From Vicugna vicugna (lineage: Eukaryota), in NCBI GenBank assembly GCA_013265495.1, contig MU058384.1:6258792-6322791 (forward strand): a DNA stretch of 64,000 nt, read 5' to 3'. The notes below the pieces were generated by a model. That model did not search any database, had not been told where the DNA came from, and saw nothing but the letters and a program-made list of their open reading frames with translations. The translations under genes were made by a program, and so were the position numbers. Shown piece by piece: positions 26,511 through 38,650 of this stretch; positions within the stretch are counted from its first letter, which is position 1; each line of letters starts with the position of its first letter.

Positions 26511-26658
26511 TTTTTTTTTTTAAATAGCACTTTGATTTGTTTTGTGGGGGAGGCAATTAGATTTATTTAAAATTTTTTTAATGGAAGTCCTGGGAATTGA
26601 ATCTGGGACCTTGTGCATACTAGGCATGCACTCTACCACAGACCTAACCCTCCCTGTT
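26511..26658 (-). mobile_element. Camelid tRNA-derived SINE, long form
   Basis: Reverse-oriented head, B-box region and tail with poly(T) on plus strand. 13-bp TSD GCCCTTGTTTCTT at 26498-26510 and 26659-26671. Confidence 0.9.
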
Positions 26659-27422
26659 GCCCTTGTTTCTTGTTACCCTTCTCTTTTATTTCTCTATAAA
26701 CATGAGATCATATCATATTTTCAAAATATGATATTCTATTCTTCTTTTGGGTTTAAATTCTAATCCTTCTGCCTTAATAGAGATCTAACATACTCCTATG
26801 ACTGACTGAGCTAATACAGAAAGACCATAGTCAGTGATGGCTCAGGACTTTTACACAAGAGGTTAGGGTTAATATGGAGCAACAGCTCCTGCTAGCCAAG
26901 CCTCAACATCGTCTTCATACTGAGTGCTGCCCGAATCCCTAGACTAGACGAAGAGGCCAGCGTACAACGGCCGATGACAGTCACAGATTCTCACAGGGCG
27001 TCAGCAAAATGAATCGGCTCAGGGGAAATTTGACCCAACTGTTCTAGTGCTCATTTCAACAGCTGTGTTGATAATTAAGTTGTCTGAGTTTAAGCTTCCA
27101 GATACTTTATCTAGATTCTCATTTTGAAATTTTTTTAAATAATACTGCTTTATTCTATAAATGTTATCTTTTTAGACACCTGACAGGGAGTTAAAAGGGC
27201 AGGTGCTGTATTTAGAGAGCTATTTGACTAAATCATGAGCAACTAATTATTTAAGAAAGATAATATAGTAAGAGCCTGCTGCTCTACAACTGAACAGATA
27301 CACCAAAGTACTTCTCCAAATAAGGAGAAGTTTTAAGAATTATCATGAGACATCCTTCTGTGTTATGCCATCTGTGGTTGGTGGGCATGTTGGGTCCACA
27401 GATCTACAATGACATAAACAAG

Positions 27423-27454
<32 letters not shown>

Positions 27455-27466
27455 ATATGCATACAC
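27423..27466. repeat. Compound microsatellite (GT)11(GC)4 with continued purine-pyrimidine alternation
   Basis: Read directly: gtgt...gtgcgcgcgcgtatatgcatacac. Confidence 0.95.
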
Positions 27467-30259
27467 CTATGTAAATCTCTCCTCCCAAGAATATATCCCC
27501 CCTCCCAAGAATCGTATAAATACTTTTAGAAGAAAATACGTTTTGGCTGAAATTATCTGGACACCACCTGGAATGAAAGGGTCAAGGAAGGTCCTCCCAT
27601 AGGCAGTGAAGATGGCTGGTCAAAACAGCTCTCCTCCCTTTCCCCTTAGTTCACTGTGGTTCCTGCTCAAAGGACAGAAAAAGCAGTCCAGTCCCCCATG
27701 GCATTGCTTCTGTCTGTCAAATCTTTTCCCTGTGTCTGCTAAAATACTGGGTTTCTGGTGTGCAGAAAAAGATCCTCAATCCAAGGCTGCTTATTCCAAT
27801 GAAAGCTCAGCCCTGGATTCTGCATATTTAAAAAAACAGGTCAAGTCATAAGTCCCCAAAGTCAGTTGTACAGACTCGGGAAGATAATAACTACCTTTCA
27901 TTGAGTGTTTACTATGTGTCAAACATTACACATAACATCATCTAATTTAGTCATCAGGAAAATTGAAGAGGAAGGGACCAGATCTTCAGGGTAAAAAAGG
28001 AGCAGAAACTTAAATCTCAGAAAGTAGGATGATAATATTTGAACTCAGATCTTTTGTGTCTAAAGTCTCTTTGATATTATTTTTGTAAGAAGAAAATGAT
28101 AGAATAAAGTAGAAGAACTTGAGCTGTGTCACTCAGTTTAATCCCAAAAGCAACACTGCCCAGATGAGTCCTTTCAAACACTTTCTTTCCATTCTTACAC
28201 ATAGAGGTTAGAAGTTATGCCAAGTAAGTAAGTGTACAATTTAATATAAAAGGAGCAGATGCTAATTGAAGTTGGTTTGCAATCAAATCACAATTTTGAA
28301 TACCTCAAGGGTATTTTAAAAATAACATTGTTAGAAGGTAACCAATAACACTTTGTATACTATATTACTAACTTTGATTTAAGTGTGATAGATAGCCTTG
28401 AAGATGGTGTCCAAGGGCACAGATACAAAGCCGATTTTCAGGGATTTTACTAAATAAAGTATCAGTGTAGACTATTTACACAAGGGGGCTTGCATACAAT
28501 TTTCTCACTTTTAGATGAATCATTTGTTTCGGTAATGATACTGTTTTGCACATAATATGTAGGTGTGTTTCATTTTTATATGAAGCTTTTAAATAGAGAA
28601 TATTTAAACACACAAAAAAAATCTAGAAACAAGTAGATAAATATGCCGCTATTCTGATGTGCAAATTCAGAAACGAACAAACAAACAAAAAAATCAAGCA
28701 ACGTTAGCGAATGAGGCAAGAAATCCTAACGGATATTATGAAATTTGGAAACTTGAGTTGCCATTTTTTCAAATCTAACTGCTTAATTATTCCTTCCACC
28801 TATGTTTTTCCAGTAATTATACAAAACTCCCTCTTTGTATTTTCTCTTATTTAATTTTGTTTAAACTGTGGCAGAACTTTATGCGCTGACATTAAACAAT
28901 TATCTTCCCATCAAAATTATTTTAAGAAACCTACTCTGAAAATTACACAGGCATGCTGCCAATTTATCCATGTAATGTGGAGGAGAAAAAAAATGCTGTG
29001 AACATTTTTAAAAGTCAGGGAACTACTTTTAAAGTCAGAAAAATACGAAGTATTGTCATTTAATGGGGACTCTGTTTCATGTCCCAGGGTAAACTCCTGC
29101 CAGAATTCAATGCTATATAACTACTTATATTTTGATTTTCAGCAGATGTAGTCAAACTTGACAATATTCTTCTGTGAATCATTAGAAAATATTTTCACTG
29201 AAAACATCTTCTTGTTTTAAAACACAAGTGGTCTCATTTGATTTTTTCTTTCTTGACAGCTTGTATCAACCTCTTTTTAACTCCCTAACTCCTTCCCACC
29301 TTTCTACACCATGCACCAACATCTTGATCTGGTGAACTAACCAGATAATGAATAATACTGAATACCAGTTTCTCATATGAATCCTCTACTTGAAAAGCGG
29401 AGAAAAATATACTAAAGTACTTGTTTAACAGAAGTAATTTTCTTCTGTCCCTAATGCTTCATTAGGAATAATTTATATTTGCTCCAAATTAAATGGTTTA
29501 CAATCATAAAGAATAAATTATAACATAAATACTGGTCTGACATTGAAAAAAAAAATGAGCCTGTATAAATTATGCCCAGAAAATCCACTAGCAAAGCAAG
29601 CTGATTCCCGGCGGATACTGACCTGGATTTAGCATGACCTGAGCTGGCATTGCTCTAAACAGGAGCATGAAAGACTGCAGACCTTGGAAGGCACACATTT
29701 AGCCGAAAGATAAATAACCATGTAGTGATGTTATACCTTATACTTATTCAGTTAATCTTCATCCATGTGCTTTATGATTAATCTTTAAACAAATTCAATG
29801 CATCGTGTATCAATTGCATCAGCTATAATAACCCGGTGCAGGCTTTTCGTTTATGTGTACATTCACCAGATACAGTTGGGGGCAAGATTTTACTAAATAC
29901 AATTTTAACCTGTAAACTGGCCTCTTTTAAAAGAAGCCATATCAGGACTTTCTTTAGGAAACCGGTCTTTCCCATTCTACAGTTATGGACAATTTGCCAA
30001 AGAAAATGTTCACAGTGTCACTGAAATTTTGGACTCTACTGACTTAGAATCTTCTCAAAGTTTTCAAACAAACCTATAGCATACACGCAAAAAAAGCAAT
30101 TCCAGGAGAGAACTTTGAAATAAGAAACACATGTCAGACTTACTTACTTTTACTACTGGCAATCTTGACAGAGAAGCCCACTGGGTAAAAGTAACATGAA
30201 AATAGAAAGAAAAAAATAGCAGCTTCATAAATCCAATTCCCTAAACAAGAAGAGATGGA

Positions 30260-30436
30260 GGGGAGAGAGGGTATAGCTCAGTGGTAGAGTGTGTGCTTAG
30301 CATGCATGAGGTCCTGGGTTCAATCCCTAGTACCTCCACTAAATAGATAGATACATAGATAGATAATTAAATAAATAAACCTAATTACCCCTCCCTCCCA
30401 AAAAACCTAAAAACAAACAGAAAAAGAAGCAGAAGC
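30260..30436 (+). mobile_element. Camelid tRNA-derived SINE, long form with TAGA repeats
   Basis: GAGGGTATAGCTCAGTGGTAGAG ... GGGTTCAATCCCTAGTACCTCC, then AATAAA segment, CCTAATTACCCCTCCC and A-rich tail. Confidence 0.9.
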
Positions 30437-31588
30437 AGAAGCAATGGAAACCTGTCCTGATAGTTACCCAGCAATGACATTTCAACCAACTGATGCAGCT
30501 TCAATTTGGAGGTGAAAATTGAATTTAATGGAAGTCTACTGCATAAAATTTCCTTTTCCATAAAAAAGAGGTAAGATGTAAAAAGTTAAAAACACTCAAA
30601 ATATTTCAAACAAACCAGTCTCAGGACCCCCCCTCACCCTTACCTTACCCGTAGAATCAATTCACATGGTTTGTAAAACCAGTTTGGTCACTCTCAGGAA
30701 TTGCAGCAATGGAAAACAAGCATTCCTTTGCTATTCATCTGATTCTTGACCTGAAGACAGGGCTTACATTTTGCAAGTCTTCTCCTTTTCCAGTTTTATT
30801 TAGCAGCCACACAGCTGCTTTAATTGAATGGACCCTCAATGCATGGCCATAGGGGGAAGGACACACAAGGGAATGCAATGTGAGAAATGTGGGAGTACAC
30901 CGTTTACTGCAAGTAAATAAACCGGCTCCAAAGACTTTCCAGCCCCTGTTTAGAGCACTCATAAATGAGAAATCAAGAAGAGGTTAACAACATTTAAAAG
31001 CCAACTATTCCTCTTATTCCCCAAAGATCACTAATTCCCATTGTATGAAGGAAAACTTGTTCATAAAGTAAAATTCAACTTTATACAAATTAATATGCCC
31101 TACATATCAAGAATTTGTTAGATGAAATACAACAGATAGATTGGAAATGGAATGGAAGGAGAAAAAAGACTTTGAACATCTAGAAATCTGGAGAATAATT
31201 TTGAAACCTTGCATTGCTCTTTTCCCGTAGTCGGGAGAAGGCCTTAAATTCCGACTCTGGAGCTGATCGTCCAAGTAGCACCTGCTGTCAGATGATGTTA
31301 CTGGCACACTGACCTTGAGCTGCTTTTCTAAGGTATTGATGGGCTGTGCTTTGCTGTCTATGCTCTCACACGGATGCCCTTGTTCCAAAGGTCAAGTGTC
31401 TGTGAAGCCACAACCGACCGGGGTTGACTGACAGAGGCTATAGAAGAGAGCTTTTTCCAGCAAAGCTGAGTGACTCATTCTGGGCCTGTAAGAAGACTGG
31501 CTTCACTAGCATCACTTTCTAAGCCTTGTGTTTTTCGATTCTTTTAAACAAAGTCCAAGAGACACATATGAATTTTTTTCAGTATACG

Positions 31589-31782
31589 CAGCGGTCTCCT
31601 CTGAACACAGCTAAGCACCTACTGGGTACCTGGGGAGTATCTAAAAACACTCCAGGGAGTTTGGGTTTCCCACCGTAATGGGGGCTGCTACCGAGATGTA
31701 GAAGAAGTCAGGTTTGGACAGTGCCAGGCAGTCCTGCAAAACAAAGAGTCAATTCTTCCAAATCCCCCTGGGGGAAACACTG
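31589..31782 (+). mobile_element. MER20-like hAT DNA transposon remnant
   Basis: cagcggtctc ... gggggctgctaccgagatgtag ... gcagtcctgcaaaacaaagag ... gaaacactg. Degenerate. Confidence 0.5.
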
Positions 31783-32285
31783 CTGGGCCGTCCACATAAG
31801 AGGTCATCCCCTCATACCGTACACACACACCCCTCATTTTTTCTCTACACGGTGATTATCAGTATCACTTCTCTTTAAAACAAATAACAAACCATGAGAA
31901 ACTAACTACCCCAGGAGCACCCAGGCAGCGTTATGACTAAGAACATGTAAAAGTCAGCATCTGCGCTACAGCAGCCTGTTTGTCTCCTATTGGATGCCAG
32001 GCACGATGCTCCCATCTAACGCCAGCAGTCTGAAGCGCACCAGCTGCTGCAGGGTGTGGCACTCTGCCTCGGCGCTCTGCCAAACCACATTAATCATCTT
32101 CTTTCCAGACCCTACTAGCATGATGGCTAACATCCCCGTTAGCTGGGACTCTGGATCTCCCATCTGAAGAACAACAGCAAATGAGAGAAGGGGTAACACG
32201 AGGGAGATAAACAGCACAGGATTAAACCACCTCATGTAGTAAGACTGGGTATGTTCTCGAAACGATGGCATTATTGAAAAGATGA

Positions 32286-32383
32286 GGGGAGGGGTATAGC
32301 TCAGTGGTAGACTGTGTGCTTAGCATGCACAAGGTCCTGGATTCAATCCCCTGTACCTCCACTTAAAGAAAGAAAAAAAGAAA
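32286..32383 (+). mobile_element. Camelid tRNA-derived SINE, short form (tRNA head + A tail only)
   Basis: GGGGAGGGGTATAGCTCAGTGGTAGA ... GGATTCAATCCCCTGTACCTCC plus A-rich tail. TSD AAAAGATGAG at 32277-32286 and 32384-32393. Confidence 0.9.
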
Positions 32384-33529
32384 AAAAGATGAGAAGTATG
32401 GAATTTCTACAAATTAGTCACATGACAGAATGTAACAGATCAGCTTCTTCTTTAAGTCAAATCCATAAAAACAGGACAATCACTTCCTAGGTGATCTTTT
32501 ACTTCAAGGAGTAGTTTTCACACGTTGTGTTACTTTAAAGATAAACGTGCAATGCCCCAATGTTAAAAGTCATCTTAAGACAGGAAAGAGAGGAAGACAG
32601 GAAAGGAAAGAAAGAAGGAGGAGGGGACGGAGAAAGAGAGATTGAGTGTTAGATTTCTATCTCTAAATGTTTAGTAAAGGCATGAATTAGAGTGATCATA
32701 GTATTTATTGAGCAAATGGGATCTTCTTGAAAGTCAAGTATCTCTAACCAGAGGGGATGCTGGGACAGCAGGTGTAAACGGGGACTGCACTTGGGACAGG
32801 CTGGGATACAGAGTCATCCAACATGCCACAGCAAACTCAAGATGCTGCCTTTAGATTCGACCTTGTTGACAAACGACATTTAAGCCTTAAGAGCTGGTAT
32901 GCAGCATACTGTGGTGAGAAAAGCATGAAGACATGAAGAACTAATCACCAAAAAAAAAAAAAAAAGGTTAAAAGTGGCTGCCCTTTCATTCATTCATACA
33001 ATAAATATTTATTGGTTTCCTACTGTGTGGCCAGTACTATGCTGTGTTCCTGAACTGGACTGAAAAAAAAATCCCTAAATGATCCAGACATTTGAGTTGC
33101 CCCTACTAGTGGAAAAAAGAAGTAATTCTACAAAACCTCAGCTATCGAGAACCCTCAAAGAATGCTCATTAGGTTGGAGTCAAATTCTTGGTGTCGCTGA
33201 GATGTACATCATTTTAAACAGCACATTTAAAAGGAAATCATTTAAATAGAAATACTTCTGAAATGTGTTACAGTGATGAACACAATTTAACTTTTACTTA
33301 GAGAATCAAGATAATGACACTGATGAGAATCATTGCACTGTATTCAGGGATGCTCTCAGGGATTACTCCAGCATTCAGAGCTTCTAGTGTTAATGCCAAA
33401 ACATCCCACGTGACTAAGCATTTCACATTCTTACATTTATGTGTCGTTATTTTTCTGTCTTTTTTTATTGTTAGACTGTCACTTGTCAATACCATCACTA
33501 TGCCTATTTGTAACAAGAGCAGTCATTTA

Positions 33530-33725
33530 AATTCACCTAATATGTGGCAGATGTGTAGTCCATATATTGCTTCATTTAGTCCTTAACATTATTTTAAGGG
33601 ATAATATGGCATTGTGCCCATTTTACAGATGAGGAAATTTGAGGCACTGAGAAGTAAAGTTGTTTGCAACAAGGTCAAAGAGCTGGAATCAACTCAGGCA
33701 GCCTACCACATTTGCCTATTATACC
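33530..33725 (-). mobile_element. MIR SINE fragment
   Basis: Core cccattttacagatgaggaaatttgaggcactgagaagtaaag. Confidence 0.8.
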
Positions 33726-34679
33726 ATGTAAGCATGCCCACATTCACCTGATTATGCTACGTGCTTGAAAATTTTAGAGATAAATGTAAGGTAAAAAAAC
33801 ACACAGCATCTGGGAAAAACAAACATGTGTCTGAGGGAATCAACTCTATGACATCTAGATTTGTCATCAAGCTTTTTTTCCATCTCTATAGTTCACAAAT
33901 ATGCCTGTGTGGGTAAAGTTTGTTAGAAAACTGAGTTGGCCAAGTTTGCTGAGCCTTGGAATTAATTATAATTAAAATAAAAACATTTTAAAATATAAAC
34001 TTAGTCATTTTTTTTCCAACTCTTCTTATGTGGGTTGTTTTCTCATTAGAAATTTAGTTTTTTAGGAAAAGCAGTTTAATTTTGGTTACATGAATTTTTA
34101 AGACTATAAAGACAGTTATTTGGCACAGGAAATATGCCAGAAAGACATCAAGTATCAGGTGATAGAAATTCATAAACACATGAACAAAGCATCCATTCAT
34201 TCATCGGCTTATTGAAAAGCAAATGAGAACATTGTGTAGGTTGCTAAGACAACTGAGATGTGATGATTAAATGTGAGATAATGAGCAGAATCTCTCTGTA
34301 CCTTTGCGAATCAAATTTTTGGAATCCTTACTAAGCCTTCATCTATATTTATGGCTGAAACTTTAAAAGCATTACTTTAAAAAAAAGAAACAAACAAAGC
34401 AGACTTCAGGCGAGGAAGACGCTTAAAGCCTTCTGATCAGGAGAGAGCCTTGGTCTTGGAGAATGTGTGTGGGGTGGCAGAGACATGTTCCTGGCTGGGG
34501 ATCAACCCCATCTTGCAGCAGTGATGGATGAGGTGCCTGGCAGAGACGATTACCAATAAGTCATGAACAAATATTTGCAACTGATTTATTTAAATTCCAA
34601 GTAAATATTTTCAAAATACAGAAAGACTAGAAATAGAAGCTTTTTTTAGGACGTGGCTATTTCAAATTTGAAACACCAT

Positions 34680-35010
34680 TTCAGCCAGACTGTTCTCCCC
34701 ACTGTTGCTTGAATGTGCCAAAAAGGCTTCGACTGAAGGGCCTGTACACCCCTCATTCCAGAGGGAATGCACTTCCCCAAGCCTTCTTCTTGACTTATTC
34801 TCTCATCTCCTTCCATTTAAGCCTTTACTTAAATATCATTCAATTTAAAATCACAACCTACTCCCCAATACTCCTCTTCTCCCCTTTTATTCCCTAGAAT
34901 TGCTCCCTTTCTAACACACTCCACTATTACATATGCTCCTGTTTTGTTCACTGAAGTATCTCAAGCTCTCAGATCAGTGCCTGACACACAGCAAATACTC
35001 AATAAATGGT
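34680..35010 (+). mobile_element. L2 LINE 3' fragment
   Basis: 3' end tgttttgttcactgaagtatctc...cagtgcctgacacacagcaaatactcaataaat. Confidence 0.65.
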
Positions 35011-37759
35011 AACTTTAAGGGCAAGAGTAAGTGTTCCTGTAACTGAATTGCTGAAAGGAAAACTAAGATGCTTTGGTTTGTTCTCATGTTAAGTTGGCCC
35101 AACACAAAATGGGACCCCCAATGTTTCTACACCCATTGAGTCTAGAACTTTGTACTAAAGATACCCAAGTGCAGAATACCCACAAAGATTTAAGCCGCTC
35201 AGTAACTCAGAGCAGACTACCAGCCAACGTGGTACACGCTCAGAGATCGTAGTGGCCTCCATCCCTAAGAATTTTAATTATTACTGTGATGCAAAGAAGA
35301 GTCTTATTCCAGCTCCTCTGGTCCTCTGGATAAAAGTCACTAATCAAATGCTACTTTATGTGATGTGTTACTCTGACCAAATTAATTGAAAGACTGTTTT
35401 TAACCATAAAGACTTCAGAAGAACTCAGTTATTACAGGAGAGAATGACCAGGAACACAGCCATTCTCTGGAATTCATCACTGATACATGTGGGGAGACCA
35501 GGAGTTTTCTCATTTTTAGAGAATAATGCAGGTTGTCAGAGAAAAGCCAGATCCCTCCCACTGCTACTATGCCCGTTTCAAGCCAAATCTATTATTTCAT
35601 ATTCTTAAGACAAAAAAATAAATAAATACATGATGTAGAAAATTCAGAAAATGTGTTTAAACCGTGAAAAGAATAATAGTGTATAAAGCCTTCCCTCAGA
35701 TAACCACGATTTGCTACATGTCTCGCAGGCTTCTTAAGTCAGTCAGTCAGTCTCGTTGTAGGCTTCCCTGCCTCCATGCATCTGTGCCAGGGCTGATCTG
35801 TCAGCACAAGTACAATTTTAATCATGTTATTACATGATCAGAAACCCACTGGTGACCTCCCAATGTTTGAAAGACAAGTTTGGACTCCAAGTGATTGACT
35901 GCCGATTGTAGCTCTCTAGGCATGCTTGAGAGTTGGTTTCAAAAGAAAGTCTAAACCTCGTCACTCATTTGATAAAATTATCTTCAGAAAGGTAAATAAT
36001 TGCAGTATGAAGTATATTCATCAATTATCTAACAACTGGATTAACCACAGGAAATGGAGAAAGCAATTTATATCTGGATTGGTATCTGAGAGCAGAAATT
36101 GGGTTCATGGAATAGTAACTGGTCAGCTTGGGGATGGGAACAGGAAGGTCAAAGGTTGGTAGAAGGATTTACAAAAAGAGGTAAATGGAACTCCTCTTAC
36201 TCTGAAGTCTGGTTGCCACTCCACATAATGCTCTCTCAAGCGATCTCTGCTTTGCAGATCATAGTCTTTAGATGTCTGGCCCATGAAATTGAGCTCCAAA
36301 TCTCCACACTAGTGAAATGGATAACCAGTGAGTTACATCTAACCAGGAAGGAGACAGTGAAATATGCTGGGTTATGTGAATGAAGGACTTGGGGAAGAGG
36401 GATTGGAGGAAACAGATGGGTTATGTTCCCCACAAGCAGGGGAAAGCAGGGAGCACTTGATGGGCTGTCTGTTCAGCATCCTTTTCGTTGAAGTTGTTCT
36501 CACCCCTGATTCATATGCTCCCAAAGGTGGCTCCTTAAAGCCACTCTGATACCATTCCCTTCCCTGGAAATTTGGAACTGAGATAAGGAAAAGGAGAGAG
36601 AGTCTGTTATCTGGGTGCCTAAAGAGGTAAGAATGATCAAATTGAGAGCAGTGTCACATATAGACTTTTCCTATTGTGAGGGCTGGAGAAAAAAATTAGA
36701 CTGATCAGCTAGTCGTCACGAAGAGAGAGAAAGACACTGAAGCAGCGAGGACACAGGTGGATAAGAGATGAACAGGATTCGGTCCCTGGCCCCAGACTGC
36801 CAGAGATCCAGCAAGCCTTGTCTCCTCAATTCCTCTAACATGTTATGCTCCTTTAAGAACAAAACAACCAAATAACACAAAACCCTCCCCTTTTCTACTT
36901 AACCTGGTTATCAGTAGCTGCAGCTAATAAAAGAGTCTTAACTAAAATAACTAGGAATCCAAGCCAACCACAATTCAAGCTAATTTACCTGCTTTCCAAC
37001 CTCATCTACTATATCCCCATGCGAATCAAATGGGACTACTCACCAACCAAAAAAGATACCTTTCAATTTCGGTTTCAGTTTCTAGATCTTGGTGTTTTAA
37101 ACCTCACTGTGGGTTTTCTTTCTCCCATTTCTTCAAATCTCATCTATTCCTTGATAATCAACTGGCATCCTAACTTTTCCACGCAACTCCTCCCAACCAC
37201 GCTGGCCCACAGCACTCAGCACTCAAGCTCCACTCTGGTGTGCCATTCTCGACCTTTCCTCCGTGAAATGAGCTCATCTGTAAAACTACCAGGAAAGTAC
37301 TGTCCTAAAAAGATGCTCTCGGGTAGCCACACAGTACACAAATACAGTACTCTACTCTAATGTCTATGTAGGAAATGTCAACAGGAGAGAGAGAACGAAA
37401 GTCAAGTTATCTAAGTGACTGGTACATATTTTTTTCTGGAATATACTCTCTAGGACCCATGTTAAATTCATGTACTACTCTGTCAATTTGGAACTAAAGG
37501 AAGAAAATGAAATGGCACTCAAAGCACATCTAACATACCAGAATAAGGGAAACGGGAGAGTGGGTAGCAGGCAGCCCAGGTAATCCTTGACCTCTTATGG
37601 ACAGCAATTAGGCATCAACAGTACATGCTCCTATTTTTACCTCTTGCACACAATTTCACTTTTAAGGTTATTTGTTCATGCTTCTGTGTCTACTCTAAAT
37701 GCCCACTAAATACTGCAGGACCTGCCTGTCTGACCATTGAATGGGGCGATCCCATATGG

Positions 37760-38650
37760 TAAGTGTATCATTTGAGAAAGGCTCATCCAACAGCTTGGCA
37801 GAATAAAAAGGTAAGGTCTATGTCCAAGGAAGCCACAAGGGGATTTGTTGTATTAGTTCAGAGGGGACGTGGTGAGAGCCTGAACTTTCACAGAGGCAGT
37901 GGCAAGGGGCAGGATAAAGATATTCAGAACACAGCAGAGGAAAATTAAATACAATTTGATGACCTACAGGATTTGGGAAAGGAAAGGGAGGAATAGGTCA
38001 AAGCTGACTCTAAAGTTCTGAGGCAAAACAACTGACAGAATTATCCCTGGAAAGCTCCTGGGGGAGGGAAAGTAATGATTACAATCCTGTAATGGGGAGT
38101 TTGAGGTCGCCATGAGAAATCCCTAATAAAATTAATATTAGGAATTTGTGGTTACAAGAGCCAATCCAGGAGAGACTGCAAGCTGGATTTGTGTATTTGG
38201 AAGTTATTCATTCACTTAACAGTTATGTGTTGAAGATCTGTTACATGCCAGGCTCTGAGCTGTATCCTAATGTTTCAATGGGGAGCAAAAGAACTTTGTG
38301 GAGCTTGCAGTGTGTAAAGCAGGCATTCATCAAATGGCTCACCTCTGAAGGGAAAGCATATGAGGCCAGGAAGCCGTATGACAGTCAGACCAGAGCAGCT
38401 GGCTGGCCAGCCAAGGCCTTGCTGAAGAAGCACTGAGCAGAGATCTGAAGGATGAGATGAAGTTCAGGAGGTGAGCAAAGGTGGGAGGGGGAGGGTAGCG
38501 CAAAGGGGGAAGGAACGGTCCAGCCTCTGCGCAAGGAGGAACATGGCATCTGGGAATGCAGACCTTCTCACCAGGATCGTGACTGACAGTGAGGCTGGAC
38601 TAACAGGAAGTGGCCAGAGCATTCAAGGTATGGTAGGCCATATCAAGACG
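37760..38650 (-). mobile_element. L2 LINE remnants
   Basis: Purine-rich degenerate L2-like body with an internal reverse L2 end ttattcattcacttaacag (near 38205). Approximate. Confidence 0.5.

Noticed and set aside
31987..32271. Minus-strand ORF with strong acceptor before ATGGGAGATCC (MGDPESQL...PGIQ*)
   Set aside because: Wrong phase for EYA4 (phase 2 gives RWEIQSPS*), no convincing donor and no recognisable homolog.
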